Origin: Lingula anatina
Taxonomy: Eukaryota > Animalia > Brachiopoda
Direction: 5' to 3'
DNA: 64,000 bases
Assembly: GCA_051362555.1 (NCBI GenBank)
Contig: CM120640.1
Location: 21,886,001-21,950,000 of the forward strand
Made by a program: the position numbers and the translations under genes. Positions 63,459 through 64,000 of the stretch are shown here, in pieces. The notes under the pieces were generated by a model that saw nothing but the letters and a program-made list of their open reading frames with translations, had not been told where the DNA came from and searched no databases. Numbering within the stretch: position 1 is the first letter of the stretch; the number at the start of each line of letters is the position of its first letter.

Positions 63459-64000
63459 TGCAAGGGACACCTGGTCGTGTTCTTCGTGGCAAATTTGGAG
63501 ATAGATTAAGTTACTTGGAAGGCCTGATATATCCGTGAGCTGCTCTGCTCAACGATCACATCCAGCTAACATGTGGATCAGCTAACACAATGGACACAGC
63601 TGAACAACAAGTGAAGTGATGACCTTTACTCTTCTCGGAAACGAATTATAAAACGTGGAAGCTAACAAAGTGAAATTCATCGGAGGCGGAAATGTAGCTA
63701 TCAAGTTGTTAACAAATCAGGCTTAATAAGTAAGAAGCTTGTTTACCATCGGATTAATAAAAACGAAGATATTTGGAAAATTGATATCAAATTAGTTTCC
63801 CAGTGAGGAAATTAATACTCCATTGCACAATGAACTAATCTCAATGACGTATATAACGTGTATAACTTCCGAACCACATTTTGAGACTAGCTTTGGAAAC
63901 ATTAACGGAAGTGAGAATCACTGAAAAAAGAACGTAAGGAACCAGAATGTAAGGCAAAGAGAAAAACAGCGTTGATTTTACCTCTAGTCTCACGATGAAA

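Overview
AT-rich (roughly 35% GC), repeat-dense animal genomic DNA with spliceosomal introns, most likely a marine invertebrate (lophotrochozoan is an inference from the repeat types). No prokaryotic operons, rRNA, tRNA or CRISPR arrays are visible. Genes I can support: (1) two single-coding-exon paralogs (10300-11247 and 17080-17970, +) encoding an N-myristoylation motif, a helical domain, a caspase/metacaspase-fold His-Cys protease domain and a C-terminal membrane anchor; (2) a complete 5-exon FDXACB1 (-), whose 3' end was duplicated twice together with the protease locus; (3) a KCNE/MinK-like single-pass protein (-); (4) a 2-exon TGF-beta ligand lacking the dimerisation cysteine (+); (5) an HHxxxDG condensation/alcohol-acyltransferase-type enzyme with a phase-matched second exon (+); (6) a small coiled-coil ORF; (7) a low-complexity acidic/Tyr-Ser-Arg protein ending in -SKV. 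The first 18 kb also hold a five-level nested transposon stack and a large inverted repeat around the first protease copy. The best candidate for an undescribed system is the duplicated, fast-diverging, doubly membrane-anchored metacaspase-like protease family. All alignments were done by eye; no database search was run.
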